NCBI GenBank assembly: GCA_038087875.1
Contig: CM075997.1
Coordinates: 1,862,001-1,926,000 of the forward strand
Length of the DNA stretch: 64,000 bases
From: Malacoraja senta
Lineage: Eukaryota
Direction: 5' to 3'
This document shows, piece after piece, positions 12,205 to 24,984 of this stretch (position 1 is its first letter; the number at the start of each line of letters is the position of its first letter). The position numbers and the translations under genes are program-made. The notes beneath the pieces were generated by a model. The model saw only the letters and a program-made list of their open reading frames with translations. It did no database searches and was not told the origin of the DNA.

Positions 12205-13324
12205 TAACTCAGCGGGACAGGCAGCATCTCTGGAGAGAAGGAATATTCGGGTGACGTTTCGTGTCGAGACTGAAGTCTGAAGAAGGGTCTCGACCCACGC
12301 TGGGAGGTGAACAGTCCCCACTTGGTGAAGAGGCAGAGAGAGAGACACAGACAGAGATAGATAGATAGAGAGAGAGAGAGATTCTGGCCCTTCGGCCCGC
12401 TGAATCCGTGCTGACCATCCATCATCCCGGGCCAAAGATAGACACAAAATGCTGGAGTAACTCAGCGGGACAGGCAGCGTCTCTGGAGAGAAGGAATGGG
12501 CAACGTTTCGGGTCGAGGCCTTTCTTCAGACTTCCCTACCCGAAACGTCACCCATCCCATCTCCCCAGAGATGCTGCCTGTCCCGCTGAGTTACTCCAGC
12601 ATTTTGTGTCTATCTTCGACGCTGAGTTCTCTGTTGACCTTGGCAACCGTTCCCTTTGCCTTTTTCCCTCCTAATTAACAGAGAGCAGGAGCCTGGAGCG
12701 TTGACCGTGTTGCTCCCATTAACCTGGACTGGCCTCCCCCCAGCTCAGCGTCCAACCCCAGCCATAATGAACTCATGTGTTTGTCGAGGTGTTGTACCAT
12801 TTTGGCAGCCACAAGCCAACAAATCAATTATGTGACCTTCAAATGTTTTCTTGAATGATATAATTAGCCGATGCAATTTTGCCCAGTGTATACAGGGACA
12901 CCGTGGGAATTGGCTTGCATTAAAGCCCAAATTGTCTTCCACATCGGTAATTGACAGCAAATTGCATTGCGTCAGACAGCGTGGCAATAATTGCATTCTG
13001 ATTATGTTTCGAGAACCAGTAGTTTGCCCACATTAAACGCCTTTGAGCAACAAAAAACAAAAAAAATCACCACCTCAGGCAGCAAAGCGCAGAAGGGCCT
13101 CCGTTTAACTCTCTCGCTGCCTTCCAAGTGTCGAGGGGAGACCCGATTGAGGTGTATCGTTTAAGAAAGAACTGCAGATGCTGGAAAAATCGGAGGTAGA
13201 CAAAAACGCTGGAGAAACTCAGCGGGCAAGGCAGCATCTATGGGGAGAAGGAATGGGTGATGTTTTGGGTCGAGACCCTTCTTCAGACTGATGAAAGAGG
13301 TGTATAAAATGATAGGGTAAGTAG

Positions 13325-13580
13325 TAGACAATAGACAATAGGTGCAGGAGGAGGCCATTCGGCCCTTCGAGCCAGCACCGCCATTCAATGTGATCATGGC
13401 TGATCATCCCCAATCAGTACCCCGTTCCTGCCTTCTCCCCATATCCCCTGACTCCGCTATCTTTAAGAGCTCTGTCTAGCTCTCTCTTGAAAGCATCCAG
13501 TGAATTGGCCTCCACCGCCTTCTGGGGCAGAGAATTCCACAGATTCACAACTCTCTGGGTGAAAAAGTTTTTCCTCATCT
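13325..13580 (-). mobile_element. CR1 3' end
   Basis: (caataga)n tail followed by the reverse complement of the CR1 3' region. Confidence 0.85.
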
Positions 13581-13777
13581 CCATGGGGTAGAAAGGGTGG
13601 AAATGTTAAACACTCGAGGGCACAACTTTACAGTGAGGGGCAAATTGCTCATCGACTTCATTAGAACATTGTCTTCTCTAACTTCCAAGTAGCCCTTGCT
13701 TTCCCTCTCTCTCCACCCCCTCCTCCTTCCCAGTTGTCCCACTAGTCTTACTGTCTCCGTCAACATTTTATCTCTGT

Positions 13778-14180
13778 AAACATAGAAACATAGAAAATAG
13801 GTGCAGGAGTAGGCCATTCGGCCCTTCGAGCCTGCACTGCCATTCAGGATGATCATGGCTGATCATCCAACTCAGTATCCCATCCCTGCCTTCTCTCCAT
13901 ACCCCCTGATCCCTTTAGCCACAAGGGCCACATCTACCTCCCTCTTAAATATAGCCAATGAACTGGCCTCAACTACCTTCTGTGGCAGAGAATTCCACAG
14001 ATTCACCACTCTCTGTGTGAAAAATGTTTTTCTCATCTCAGTCCTAAAAGATTTCCCCTTTATCCTTAAACTGTGACCCCTTGTCCTGGACTTCCCCAAC
14101 ATCGGGAACAATCTTTCTGCAACTAGCCTGTCCAACCCCTTAAGAATTTTGTAAGTTTCTATAAGATCCCCCCTCAATCT
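13778..14180 (-). mobile_element. CR1 3' fragment, (ttctatgt)n-tail subfamily
   Basis: Encodes RLRGDLIETYKILKGLDR...FFTQRVVNLWNSLP. Confidence 0.9.
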
Positions 14181-15267
14181 GCCCCCTCCCCCGACATCAG
14201 TCTGAAGAAGGGTCTCGAGCCGAAACGTCACCCATTCCTTCTCTCCAGAGATGCTGCCTGACCCGCTGAGTTACTCCAGCATTTTGTGTCTACCTTCGAT
14301 TTAATGGTGTTCCCTCCCACGCATCTTTACTCGGACTTCATCTTGCACTGAATGCTGAAGCTATTCCTCCTTTGTCTATACACTGTGGATGACTTGATTG
14401 TGATCATGAGTAGCCTTTTAGTTCATGGTCTAGAGATGCAGCGAGGAAACAGGCCCTTCGGCCCACCGAGTCCGTGCCGGCCCCCCGTGAACACGAGCCC
14501 TCCCCGACCCTGGTGATCACCCCCATATACTAGCCCTATCCTGCACACTCTCCAACTTTTGCAGAACCCAATTTTTTTTTTTTTTTTTTTTTTTTTTAAG
14601 AGAATTAAGAAAGAGAAGTAAAATAAGAGAAAGCAAGAAAAAGACCACTAAGCTACCAAAGAAGTGCAAGAGAAAGCTGAATCCCTGGCATCGGGTTTAA
14701 ATTTGTGTTTAACCATTCTGTAGTTGCTGAGATTCAGTAAAAGGCAACCATGTCTTAAGAAATTGCTCAGCTTTTTCTGCCAAGACAAGCCTAATGTTTT
14801 CTAAATGTGATGTCTCGGACATATCCACATCCACATCCACCTTCTTGCAGAAGCCAATTAACCGACAATTCCTCACGTCCACGGAGTGTGGGAGGAAACC
14901 GGAACATCCGGAGGAAGGCAGACAGAACCTATTTTTCCGGATGGATATATCAAATACTAGAGGGCATAACTGTAAGGGGAGAGGGGCCATTGTTGAAAGG
15001 AGATGTGTAGGGCATGTATTGTTCACACAGAGAGTGCTGGGTGCCTGGAACATGTTGCCAGGGGTGGTTGTGGGGGCGGGTACAACAGTGGTACTTAAGA
15101 AACCTTTCGATCGGCACATGAAAATGGAGGGGAATTAATTGTGTGCGGACAGAGAAGGGTTGGCCTTGGCGCCGTGTTTATAGCACAGAAATTGTGGGCC
15201 GAAGGGCCTGTTCCTATGCTGCACTGTTCTCTGCTGTATGGTAAACCAAGACCCCTTCTTCCCTCTC

Positions 15268-15575
15268 AGGTGGCGCAGCGGTAGAGCTGCTGCCTCACAG
15301 CGCCAGAGGCCCGGGTTCGATCCTGACGACGGGCGCCGTCTGTACGGAGTTCGTACGCTCTCCCCGTGACCACGTGGGTTTTCTCCGGGTGCTCCGGTTT
15401 CCTCCCACACTCCAAAGACCTACAGGTCTGTAGGTTATTTGGCTTCAGTAAAATTGTAAATTGTCCTTAGTGCCTGTAGGATAATGTTAGCGTACGGCGT
15501 GATCGATGGTCAACGCGGGCTCAGTGGGCCGAAGGGCCTGTTTCTGCTCTGTGTCTCTAAAGACTAATGTCTAAA
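15268..15575 (+). mobile_element. V-SINE (HE1-like)
   Basis: A/B boxes (ggttcgatcc) and V-domain. Confidence 0.85.
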
Positions 15576-15994
15576 GTTGGCGATACAAGATCGCAGAGCG
15601 TTAAATCAAGGAAATCCTCCCCGATATTGAGGTCAACATTGATCTCCCGGCAGCATTAAGATTGCAGATTATATGATCAAATGCAGTAATTGGTGACTAC
15701 AATTCTATTATTGCAATTGTGACTGAGCCATGGAATACTGCACTGGGTAGAATCGCTGTGGGGACATTCCTGCCATGAGAGCGCAGGAAGAATGCTACTT
15801 TAAATATTGCAATTGTGGAAGCGTGCAGTTTCATCCCTTCCGTGACAAGGATGGAGTGTGCCCTGGGTGGGCGGCGAAGCAAAGATAGTCCATCAGTTTA
15901 TGCTTGGACAAAGAACTCAGCGGGTCAGGCAGCATCTGTGGAGGGGAGGGAATGGACAGGCGATGTTTCGGGTCGGGACCCTTCGTCAAACCCC

Positions 15995-16345
15995 AAGGCT
16001 GGCAGTATCATCAAGGACCCACACCATCCTGGCCACACACTCATCTCCCTACTATCTTCAGGTATCTTCAAGACTGCAACGACCAGGTTCAGGAATAGCT
16101 ACTTCCCCACAGCCATCAGGCTATTAAACTTGGCTCGGACATAACTCTGAACTTTATTAGCCAATTAACTGTTATTTGCACTTGATCAGTATATGGATTG
16201 ATGTGTGTATATATTTATATAATGGTATATGGACACACTGATCTGTTTTGTAGTCAATGCCTACTATGTTCTGTTGTGCTGAAGCAAAGCAAGAATTTCA
16301 TTGTCCTATCAGGGACACATGACAATAAACTCTCTTGAACTTGAC
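15995..16345 (+). mobile_element. Rex1/Babar 3' end fragment
   Basis: [16 protein letters not shown]...[15 protein letters not shown] plus a 3' UTR resembling copy B. Confidence 0.8.
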
Positions 16346-16374
16346 ACCATCCAGAATATTCCACTTCCAATTCT

Positions 16375-16954
16375 AGAAACATAGAAACATAGAAAATAGA
16401 TGCAGGAGTAGGCCATTCGGCCCTTCGAACCTGCACCGCCATTCAATATGATCATGGCTGATCATCCAACTCAATATCCTGTACCTGCCTTCTCTCCATA
16501 CCCCCTGATCTCTTTAGCCACAAGGGCCACATCTAACTCCCTCTTAAATATAGCCAATGAACTGGCCTCAACTACCCTCTGCGGCAGAGAATTCCACAGA
16601 TTCACCACTCTCTGTGTGAAAAATGTTTTTCTCATCTCGGTCCTAAAGGACTTCCCCCTTATCCTTAAACTGTGACCCCTTGTTCTGGACTTCCCCAACA
16701 TCGGGAACAATCTTCCTGCATCTAGCCTGTCCAACCCCTTAAGAATCTTGTACGTTTCTATAAGATCCCCTCTCAATCTCCTAAATTCTAGTGAGTACAA
16801 GCCGAGTCTATCCAGTCTTTCTTCATATGAAAGTCCTGCCATCCCAGGAATCAGTCTGGTGAACCTTCTCTGTACTCCCTCTATGGCAAGAATGTCTTTC
16901 CTCAGATTTGGAGACCAAAACTGTACGCAATACTCCAGGTGTGGCCTCACCAAG
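16375..16954 (-). mobile_element. CR1 3' fragment
   Basis: ALVRPHLEYCVQFWSP...GYGEKAGTGY; acatagaa tail. Confidence 0.9.
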
Positions 16955-16965
16955 GCATTCTTGAT

Positions 16966-17210
16966 GTTTAAGAAGGAACTGCAGATGCTGGAAAATCGAA
17001 GATAGACAAAAGTGCTGGAGAAACTCAGCGGGTGCAGCAGCATCTATGGAGCGAAGGAAATAGGCAACGTTTCGGGCCAAAACACTGAAGGAAAATAGGC
17101 AACGTTTCAGGCCGAAACCCTTCCGGGTTTCGGCCCGAAACGTTGCCTATTTCCTTCGCTCCATAGATGCTGCTGCACCCGCTGAGTTTCTCCAGCACTT
17201 TTGTCTACCG
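16966..17210. mobile_element. Fold-back PLE-derived element
   Basis: Inverted arms; imperfect flanking duplication ggcattcttgat/ggtattcctgat. Confidence 0.75.
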
Positions 17211-17955
17211 TGGTATTCCTGATCTTGTGGGAATGTTGTCAGTCTGATGAACTTGCCGACCAGTAGTAGGCGGATGAAGTTTAAGGTCCTTTACCATGCT
17301 GGAGACTGGGCTCTGCCACTTGATAGATATGAATATCTCCAATCTGGCGTCAAAGTTTCTTTGCGATTGTTCTTTGGGGATCATGGCTTTTCGGGCTCAT
17401 GTGTGTACGTTGGACATGGCAGAAAATATTCAGGATTCCTCATGATTTCTCCGGCTTCCGCCCACATTCCCCAAACACGCGCGGGTTTGCAGGTGAATTG
17501 ACTTCTCGTGTGCAGTAAGTGAGTCTGGGATAACATCGATCGCCCATTTTGGGGACCAAGACCGTTTGGGGGAAACGGCAACTATATGTAAATGCAGGTC
17601 GTGCTAGTTGAATTTTTTTTTTAAAAAGCCTTGTAATAGTTACAGGGATGGTGAGATTTTCAGGTTATACCCACACACACACACTCTCACAAGTAATACA
17701 AAAACTACAGCACCAGTAATTAAACCTATTCTCTGCCATCAGTCACGGTGACATCAAACAACAAATTCGCCACTAATTGCAATAATTGTCACGGTAATTT
17801 TCTTTCGTGTCTTTTTTTTTTTCCCCGAGGTTTTAATTTTCTTCTTAATGTAGCTTGTCAATGAAGTCCCCAGAGGTCACGAATAATTTCGCACTGATAA
17901 AATAATGCTTAGACAACGCATGTCTTTTTTTCTCTCTCTCCCTCTCCCCCCTCCC

Positions 17956-17988
<33 letters not shown>

Positions 17989-18754
17989 GCAAACCCGCAA
18001 ACTGAATTTAAAGTTCCTCGTCTTCACTTTCCACCTCATTCCACTGCTGCAATTAACAGTCTTCAAGGCAGCGTTTGGACTGATGTAGCAACTGTTGCAG
18101 CCTCAGGGTACCCAGGCACAGCTTCAGAGAGAATGCATTACATTTGAAGTGTAGTCAGTCATTCACTCTGAATACTTGCAGCCGTGTCCAGTGTACACCC
18201 GTTTGTTTTTCGAAAAAAACATTTTTAAAAGACCCGGGTTGGATCCAGGCATCTTTCCCCACCGCACTATCAAGCACCTCAGCGGGTTCAGCAGCATCTA
18301 TGGAGCGAAGGAAATAGGCAACGTTTTCGGGCCGAAACCCTGAAGGAAATAGGCAACGTTTCGGGCCGAAACCCGGAAGGAAATAGGCAACGTTTCGGGC
18401 CGAAACCCGGAAGGAAATAGGCAACGTTTCACCTCACCTCACCTTAAAAGCCTCACCTCCCGACTAGGATGACGCGGTGGAGCAGCGTTAGAGCTGCTGC
18501 CTTTCAGCGCCAGAGATCCCGGTTCGTTCCTGCTCGCAGGTGCTATCCATACGGAGTTTGCACGTTCTCCCCGTGACCCGCGTGGGTTTTCTCCGGGTGC
18601 TCCGGTTTCCTCCCACATCCCAAAGACGCGCGGGTTTGTAGGTTAATTGGCTCCGGTAAATGTGCCCCTCGAGCCTGTGGGATGCGAAACTGGGACAACA
18701 TAATTAGTGTACCGGGTGATCATTGGTCAACACAGACTGGGTGGGACGGAGGGC

Positions 18755-19200
18755 CTGGCCGAACACCTCCGCTCGGTCCGCAACAACCAACCTGATCTCC
18801 CGGTGGCTCAGCACTTCAACTCCCCCTCCCATTCCAAACCCGACCTTTCTGTCCTAAGCCTCCTCCATGACCAGAGTGAGGACCACCGGAAATTAGAGGA
18901 GCAGCACCTCATATTCCGCTTGGGCAGTCTGCACCCTAGTGGCATAAACATTGACCTCCAATTTCCGGTAGCCCTTGCTGTCTCCTCCCCTTCTCAGCTC
19001 CCCCTCAGCCCTCGGGCTCCTCCTCTTTCTCCTTTCTTTCTCCCCCCCCCCCCCCCCACCAACCTACATCAGTCTGAAGAAGGGTTTCGGCCCGAAACGT
19101 TGCCTATTTCCTTCCCTCCATAGATGCTGCTGCACCCGCTGAGTTTCTCCAGCATTTTTGTGTACCTTCGATTTTCCAGCATCTGCAGTTCCTTCTTTAA
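18755..19200 (+). mobile_element. Penelope-like element 3' end (GIY-YIG endonuclease C-terminus plus terminal region)
   Basis: AEHLRSVRNNQPDLPVAQHFNSPSH...RKLEEQHLIFRLGSLHPSGINID, followed by a pyrimidine tract and ctgaagaagggtttcggcccgaaacgtt. Confidence 0.85.
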
Positions 19201-19399
19201 CGCTGTAGCTGAAGACTTATTATTATTATTATTATTAATTATTCCATAATAATCACACCCTTATGCTGCTCCCTGTTGCACTTGATCCCTTTAAAAAAAA
19301 ATCAAAATGAACTTTATTCAGAATATATTCAGATGGGATAGTAGACAGTAAGCACACTTTAGTGACAATAACCTACACTAAACTAAAGAATGTGTGTGG

Positions 19400-19876
19400 A
19401 CAAAAGTGCTGGAGAAACTCAGCGGGTGCAGCAGCATCTATGGAGCGAAGGAAATAGGCAACGTTTTCGGGCCGAAACCCTGAAGAAATAGGCAACGTTT
19501 CGGGCCGAAACGCTGAAGGAAATAGGCAACGTTTCAGGCCGAAACCCGGAAGGAAATAGGCAACATTTCAGGCCGAAACCCTGAAGGAAATAAGCAACGT
19601 TTCAGGCCGAAACCCTGAAGGAAATAGGCAACGTTTCGGGCCGAAACCCGGAAGGAAATAGGCAACGTTTCAGGCCGAAACCCTGAAGGAAATAGGCAAC
19701 ATTTCAGGCCGAAACCCTGAAGGAAATAGGCAACGTTTCGGGCCGAAACCCGGAAGGGTTTCGTCCCGAAACGTTGCCTATTTCCTTCGCTCCATAGATG
19801 CTGCTGCACCCGCTGAGTTTCTCCAGCACTTTTGTCTACCTTCGATTTTCCAGCATCTGCAGTTCCTTCTTAAACA
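19400..19876. mobile_element. Fold-back PLE-derived element with 9 x 34-bp repeat
   Basis: Nine copies of ggaaataggcaacgtttc(a/g)ggccgaaaccc(t/g)gaa between inverted arms. Confidence 0.85.
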
Positions 19877-21309
19877 TTCTGTCTCCACACTCTATCTCTA
19901 AACTAAGCTACATTTGAGAAAAGATACAGAGTGCTGGAGTAACACAGCAGGTCGGGCAGCAACTCTGGAGATAATGGACAGGTGGCGTTTCTGGTCGGGA
20001 CCCTTCTTCAGACTGGTGGGGTATGGGGAGGGGGGGTGGGATAAAGCTGGAAGGGAGGTGGGGGCGAGACAAGATCTAGCAAGTCATCAAGTCATACAGC
20101 ATGGAAACAGGCCCTTCGGCCCAACCTCCCCGTGCTGTCCAAGACATCCCATCTTTGCTAGTCTCACCTGACCTCATTTGGCCCACATCCCACTTAAAAC
20201 TTTCCTATCCACGTACCGATGGAAATGTCTTTGAAAAGTTTTTATGGTACCGGCCTCAACTACCACCTCTGGCAGCTCGTCCCCAAGCATCTACCTCCCT
20301 CTGTGTGGAAAAATTGCCCCTCAGGTTCCTATTAAATCTTTGTCAACGGAGTCGCCAGAGGTGACGAATAATGTCAATAGACAATAGACAATAGGTGCAG
20401 GAGTAGGCCATTCGGCCCTTCGAGCCAGCACCGCCATTCAATGTGATCACGGCTGATCATCCCCAATCAGTACCCCGTTCCTGCCTTCTCCCCATATCCC
20501 CTGACTCCGCTATCTTTAAGAGCCCTATCCAGCTCTCTCTTGAAAGCATCCAGAGAACCGGCCTCCACTGCCCTCTGTCAGAGGTTACGGGGAGAAGGCA
20601 GGAGAAAGGGGTTGGGGAGAGAGAGAGATTGAATGGCGGAGTGGACTTGATGGGCCGAATGGCCTAATTCTTGTGATCTTTCCCCTCCCATCTTAACTCC
20701 ATGTACACTGGTTCTTGGCTCCCTTTCTCTGAGTAAAAGATTTTCTGTCTTCACCTGAGGGAGATCTGATAGTTGATAAACTTACGAGAGGCATCGCGAG
20801 GGCGGACAGTCAGAGCCTTATTCCCAGGGTAAAACAAATCTCAAAGGCTAGGGGGCATACCTTTAAGGTGAGCGGGGCAAAGTTTAAAGGAGATGCATGG
20901 GGCAATTTTCTTACACAGAGGGCGGTGGGTGCCTGGAACATGCAGCCAGGGGTGGTGGTGGAAGAGGATTTTGGATAGGCACATGGACGTGCCAGTTATG
21001 GGGGGAAATGGATCGCGTGCAGGTAGCTAGGAGATTAGTTTAACTTGGCATTGTGTGTGTGGCACGGACATTGTGGGCCGAAGGGCCTGTTCCTGTGCTT
21101 TACTCTCCTATGCAGCAAGGAACTGCAGATGCTGGTTTAAACTGAAGATAGACACAAAACGCTGGCGTAACTCAGCGGGACAGGCAGCGTCTCTGGAGGG
21201 AAGGAATGGGTCACGTTCCGGGTCGAGGCCCTTCTTCAGACTTCTTCCATCTGAAGAAGGGTCTGGACCCGGAAACGTCACCCGTTCCTCCAAACTAAAA
21301 CTCCAGATT

Positions 21310-21700
21310 TAACACTCCCCCTCCCATTCCCACACTGACCTTTCTGTCCTGGGCCTCCTCCACTGTCAGAGTGAGGCCCAGCGCAAATTGTAGGAGCAGC
21401 ACCTCATATTTCGCTCGGGCAGCTTACACCCCAGCGGTATGAACATTGACTTCTCTAACTTCAAGTTTTCCCTCTCTCTCCATCCCCTCCCCCTTCCCAG
21501 TTCTCCCACCAGTCTTACTGTCCCCGACTACATTCTATCTCTGTACTTCCCACTGTCGTGACATCTGGGTCTCGATCTGAAGAAGGGTCTCGACCTGAAA
21601 CGTCACCCATTCCTTCTCTCCAGAGACGCTGCCAGTCCCGCTGAGTTACTCCAGCATTTTGTGTCTATCTTCGATTTGAAACAGCACCTGCAGTTCTTTC
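21310..21700 (+). mobile_element. Penelope-like element 3' end
   Basis: Paralogous to 18755-19200 (gagcagcacctcatatttcgc...cccagcggtatgaacattgac), then ctgaagaagggtctcgacctgaaacgtc. Confidence 0.8.
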
Positions 21701-22261
21701 CTGCACATCTAAAACAATAGAAAGGGTGGATGCAAAAATGCTGGAGTAACTCAGCGGGACAGGCAGCGTCTCTGGAGAGAAGGAATGGGTGACGTTTCGT
21801 GTCGAGACCCTTCTTCAGACTAAAGACAGTTTGACCTCGAAGGGGCCGAATGGCCTGGCCTCGCTCATCTATCTCTCTGGTGATATAGAGGTTGCTCAGT
21901 GGGGAATGGGCAGGCACCTTCCCCTTGCTGTCGGGGCAGGTGTGAGGAGATGTATTCAGACCCCTGGCAGTCATACTGATGAATCAAGGCAGATACACCA
22001 CACACAGTTGCCCTTTTCACTGCCTGTCAGAAGACGCATTTGCATTTTGTTAACTAATTAAAATTGCGCTGTCTTTGAGTGGTGCCACACAGCTGCAACC
22101 TTGGATGTGTTTACCATTCACAAGCAGACTAATCTCCCAGAGGATGGCAATGAACATTTGAGGGGAATTTTTTTTTTTTTTCAAGAATGGAATCTTTTCT
22201 TTTAAAACAAATTAACAGTTTAAACGTAGTCTGCAATTGTCAAAAGGGGCTAAAATGTTAT

Positions 22262-23248
22262 CATAGTCATAGATACATAGATACATAGAAAATAGGTGCA
22301 GGAGTAGGCCATTCGGCCCTTCGAGCCTGCACCGCCATTCAATATGATCATGGCTGATCATCCAACTCAGTATCCCGTACCTGCCTTCTCTCCATACCCC
22401 CTGATCCCTTTAGCCACAAGGGCCACATCTAACTCCCTCTTAAATATAGCCAATGAACTGGCCTCAACTACCCTCTGTGGCAGAGAGTTCCAGAGATTCA
22501 CCACTCTCTGTGTGAAAAAGTTTTTCCTCATCTCGGTCTTAAAGGATTTCCCCCTTATCCTTAAGCTGTGCTCCCTTGTCCTGGACTTCCCCAACATCGG
22601 GAACAATCTTCCTGCATCTAGCCTGTCCAACCCCATAAGAATTTTGTACGTTTCTATAAGATCCCTCTCAATCTCCTAAATTCTAGCGAGTATAAGCCAA
22701 GTCTATCCAGTCTTTCTTCATATGAAAGTCCTGACATCCCAGGAATCAGTCTGGTGAACCTTCTCTGCACTCCCTCTATGGCTATAATGTCCTTCCTCAG
22801 ATTTGGAGACCAAAACTGTACGCAATACTCCAGGTGTGGTCTCACCAAGACCCTGTACAACTGCAGTAGAACCTCCCTGCTCCTATACTCAAATCCTCTT
22901 GCTATGAAGGCCAACATACCATTCGCTTTCTTCACTGCCTGCTGCACCTGCATGCCTACTTTCAATGACTGGTGCACCATGACACCCAGGTCTCGCTGCA
23001 TCTCCCCATTTCCTAATCGGCCACCATTTAGATAATAGTCTGCCTTCCCATTTTTGCCACCAAAGTGGATAACCCTCACATTTATCCACATTATACTGCA
23101 TCTGCCAAACATTTGCCCACTCACCCAGCCTATCCAAGTCACCTTGCAGTCTCCTAGCATCCTCCTCACAGCTAACACTGCCCCCCAGCTTAGTGTCATC
23201 CGCAAACTTGGAGATGTTGCTTTCAATTCCCTCGTCCAGATCATTAAT
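22262..23248 (-). mobile_element. CR1 LINE fragment running into the assembly gap
   Basis: RT C-terminal region (VKKANGMLAFIARGFEYRSREVLLQLYRVLVRPHLEYC) and 3' tail. Confidence 0.92.
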
Positions 23249-23448
23249 NNNNNNNNNNNNNNNNNNNNNNNNNNNNNNNNNNNNNNNNNNNNNNNNNNNN
23301 NNNNNNNNNNNNNNNNNNNNNNNNNNNNNNNNNNNNNNNNNNNNNNNNNNNNNNNNNNNNNNNNNNNNNNNNNNNNNNNNNNNNNNNNNNNNNNNNNNNN
23401 NNNNNNNNNNNNNNNNNNNNNNNNNNNNNNNNNNNNNNNNNNNNNNNN
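23249..23448. other. Assembly gap (200 N)
   Basis: Run of N. Confidence 1.
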
Positions 23449-23692
23449 AAAATTAGAACAAAACAAATGAAATCCATTTAATAATAAAAGCAGAAGCCTT
23501 TCCCTTAGAGGCAGCAACGTGTAACCTCCCCGCACTGTGGAGTTGCTATCTCATCTCAAGTTTAAAAAGACCCTCCAGTGTCCCAGTATCTGAAGAAGGG
23601 TCTCGACCCGAAATATTTCTCCAGAGATGCTGCCCGACCCGATGATTTACTCCAGCATTTTGTGTCCTATCTCCAATATCACCAGGATCGAA

Positions 23693-24317
23693 TCGAATAT
23701 AGGAGCAAAGAGGTCCTTCTGCAGTTGTACAGGGCCCTAGTGAGACCACACCTGGAGTATTGTGTACAGTTTCGGTCCCCTAATTTGAGGAAGGACATTC
23801 TTGCTATTGAGGGAGTGCAGCGTAGGTTTACAAGGTTAATTCCCGGGACGGCGGGACTGTCATATGCTGAGAGAATGGAGCGGCTGGGCTTGTACACTCT
23901 GGAGTTTAGAAGGATGAGAGAGAATCTCATTGAAACATATAAGATTGTTAAGGGTTTGGACACGCTAGAGGCAGGAAACATGTTCCTGATGTTGGGGGAG
24001 TCCAGAACCAGGGGCCACACGCAGTTTAAGAATAAGGAGTACGCCATTTAGAACGGAGACGAGGAAACACTTTTTCTCACAGAGAGTGGTGAGTCTGTGG
24101 AATTCTCTGCCTCAGAGGGCGGTGGAGGCCGGTTCTCTGGATGCTTTCAAGAGAGAGCTAGATAGGGCTCTTAAAAATAGCGGGGTCGGGGGATATGGGG
24201 AGAAGGCAGGAACGGGGTACTGATTGGGGACGATCAGCCATGATCACATTGAATGGCGGTGCTGGCTCGAAGGGCCGAATGGCCTCTACTCCTGCACCTA
24301 TTGTCTGTTGTCTATTG
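23693..24317 (+). mobile_element. CR1 3' fragment
   Basis: IEYRSKEVLLQLYRALVRPHLEYC; tattgtc tail. Confidence 0.9.
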
Positions 24318-24489
24318 AGTTTGGGCAAAAATGGACAAGTTTATTCTGAGTGAGACGAACCAGCCTGCAGATGCTGGAACGCTGAGCTAAACACAAAGTG
24401 CGGGGCGGACAGGGACAGACAACATTTCAGGGCAGGCAGCGTCTCTGGATGGAAGGAATGGGTGACGTTTCGGGTCGAGATCCTTCTTG

Positions 24490-24725
24490 GGATCGCCGCA
24501 CACTTCCTGCCCTAAACTCCTACACACACGAGGGACAATTTACATTTACACCAAGCCAGTGAACCTACAGACCTGCACGTCTTTGGGGTGCGGGAGGAAA
24601 CCGAAGATCTCGGAGAAAACCCACGCAGGTCACGGGGAGAGCGTGCAAACTCCGTACAGGCAGCACCCGTGGTCGGGATTGAACCCGGGTCTCTGGCGCT
24701 GTGAGGCAGCAACTCTACCCTGCCG
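24490..24725 (-). mobile_element. V-SINE (HE1-like), partial
   Basis: Reverse complement of the SINE head and V-domain. Confidence 0.75.
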
Positions 24726-24984
24726 CTGGAGTGTAGTTTCTCCAATATTTTGTGTTTTCCTCAGTTTTAAGCGAGAGAGAGAGAGAGAGATGGAAGGGAT
24801 GGATAGAACCAAGGGAATATCAATAGACAATAGACAATAGACAATAGGCGCAGGAGTAGGCCATTCGGCCCTTCAATATGATCATGGCTGATCATCTAAA
24901 ATCAGTACCCCGTTCCTGCCTTCTCCCCATATCCCCTGATTCATTTTGCCCTAAGAGCTAAATCTAACTCTATCCAACTAAGAT

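Noticed and set aside
22654..23535. ORFs spanning N runs (also 47310-47793)
   Set aside because: Artefacts of translating through assembly gaps.
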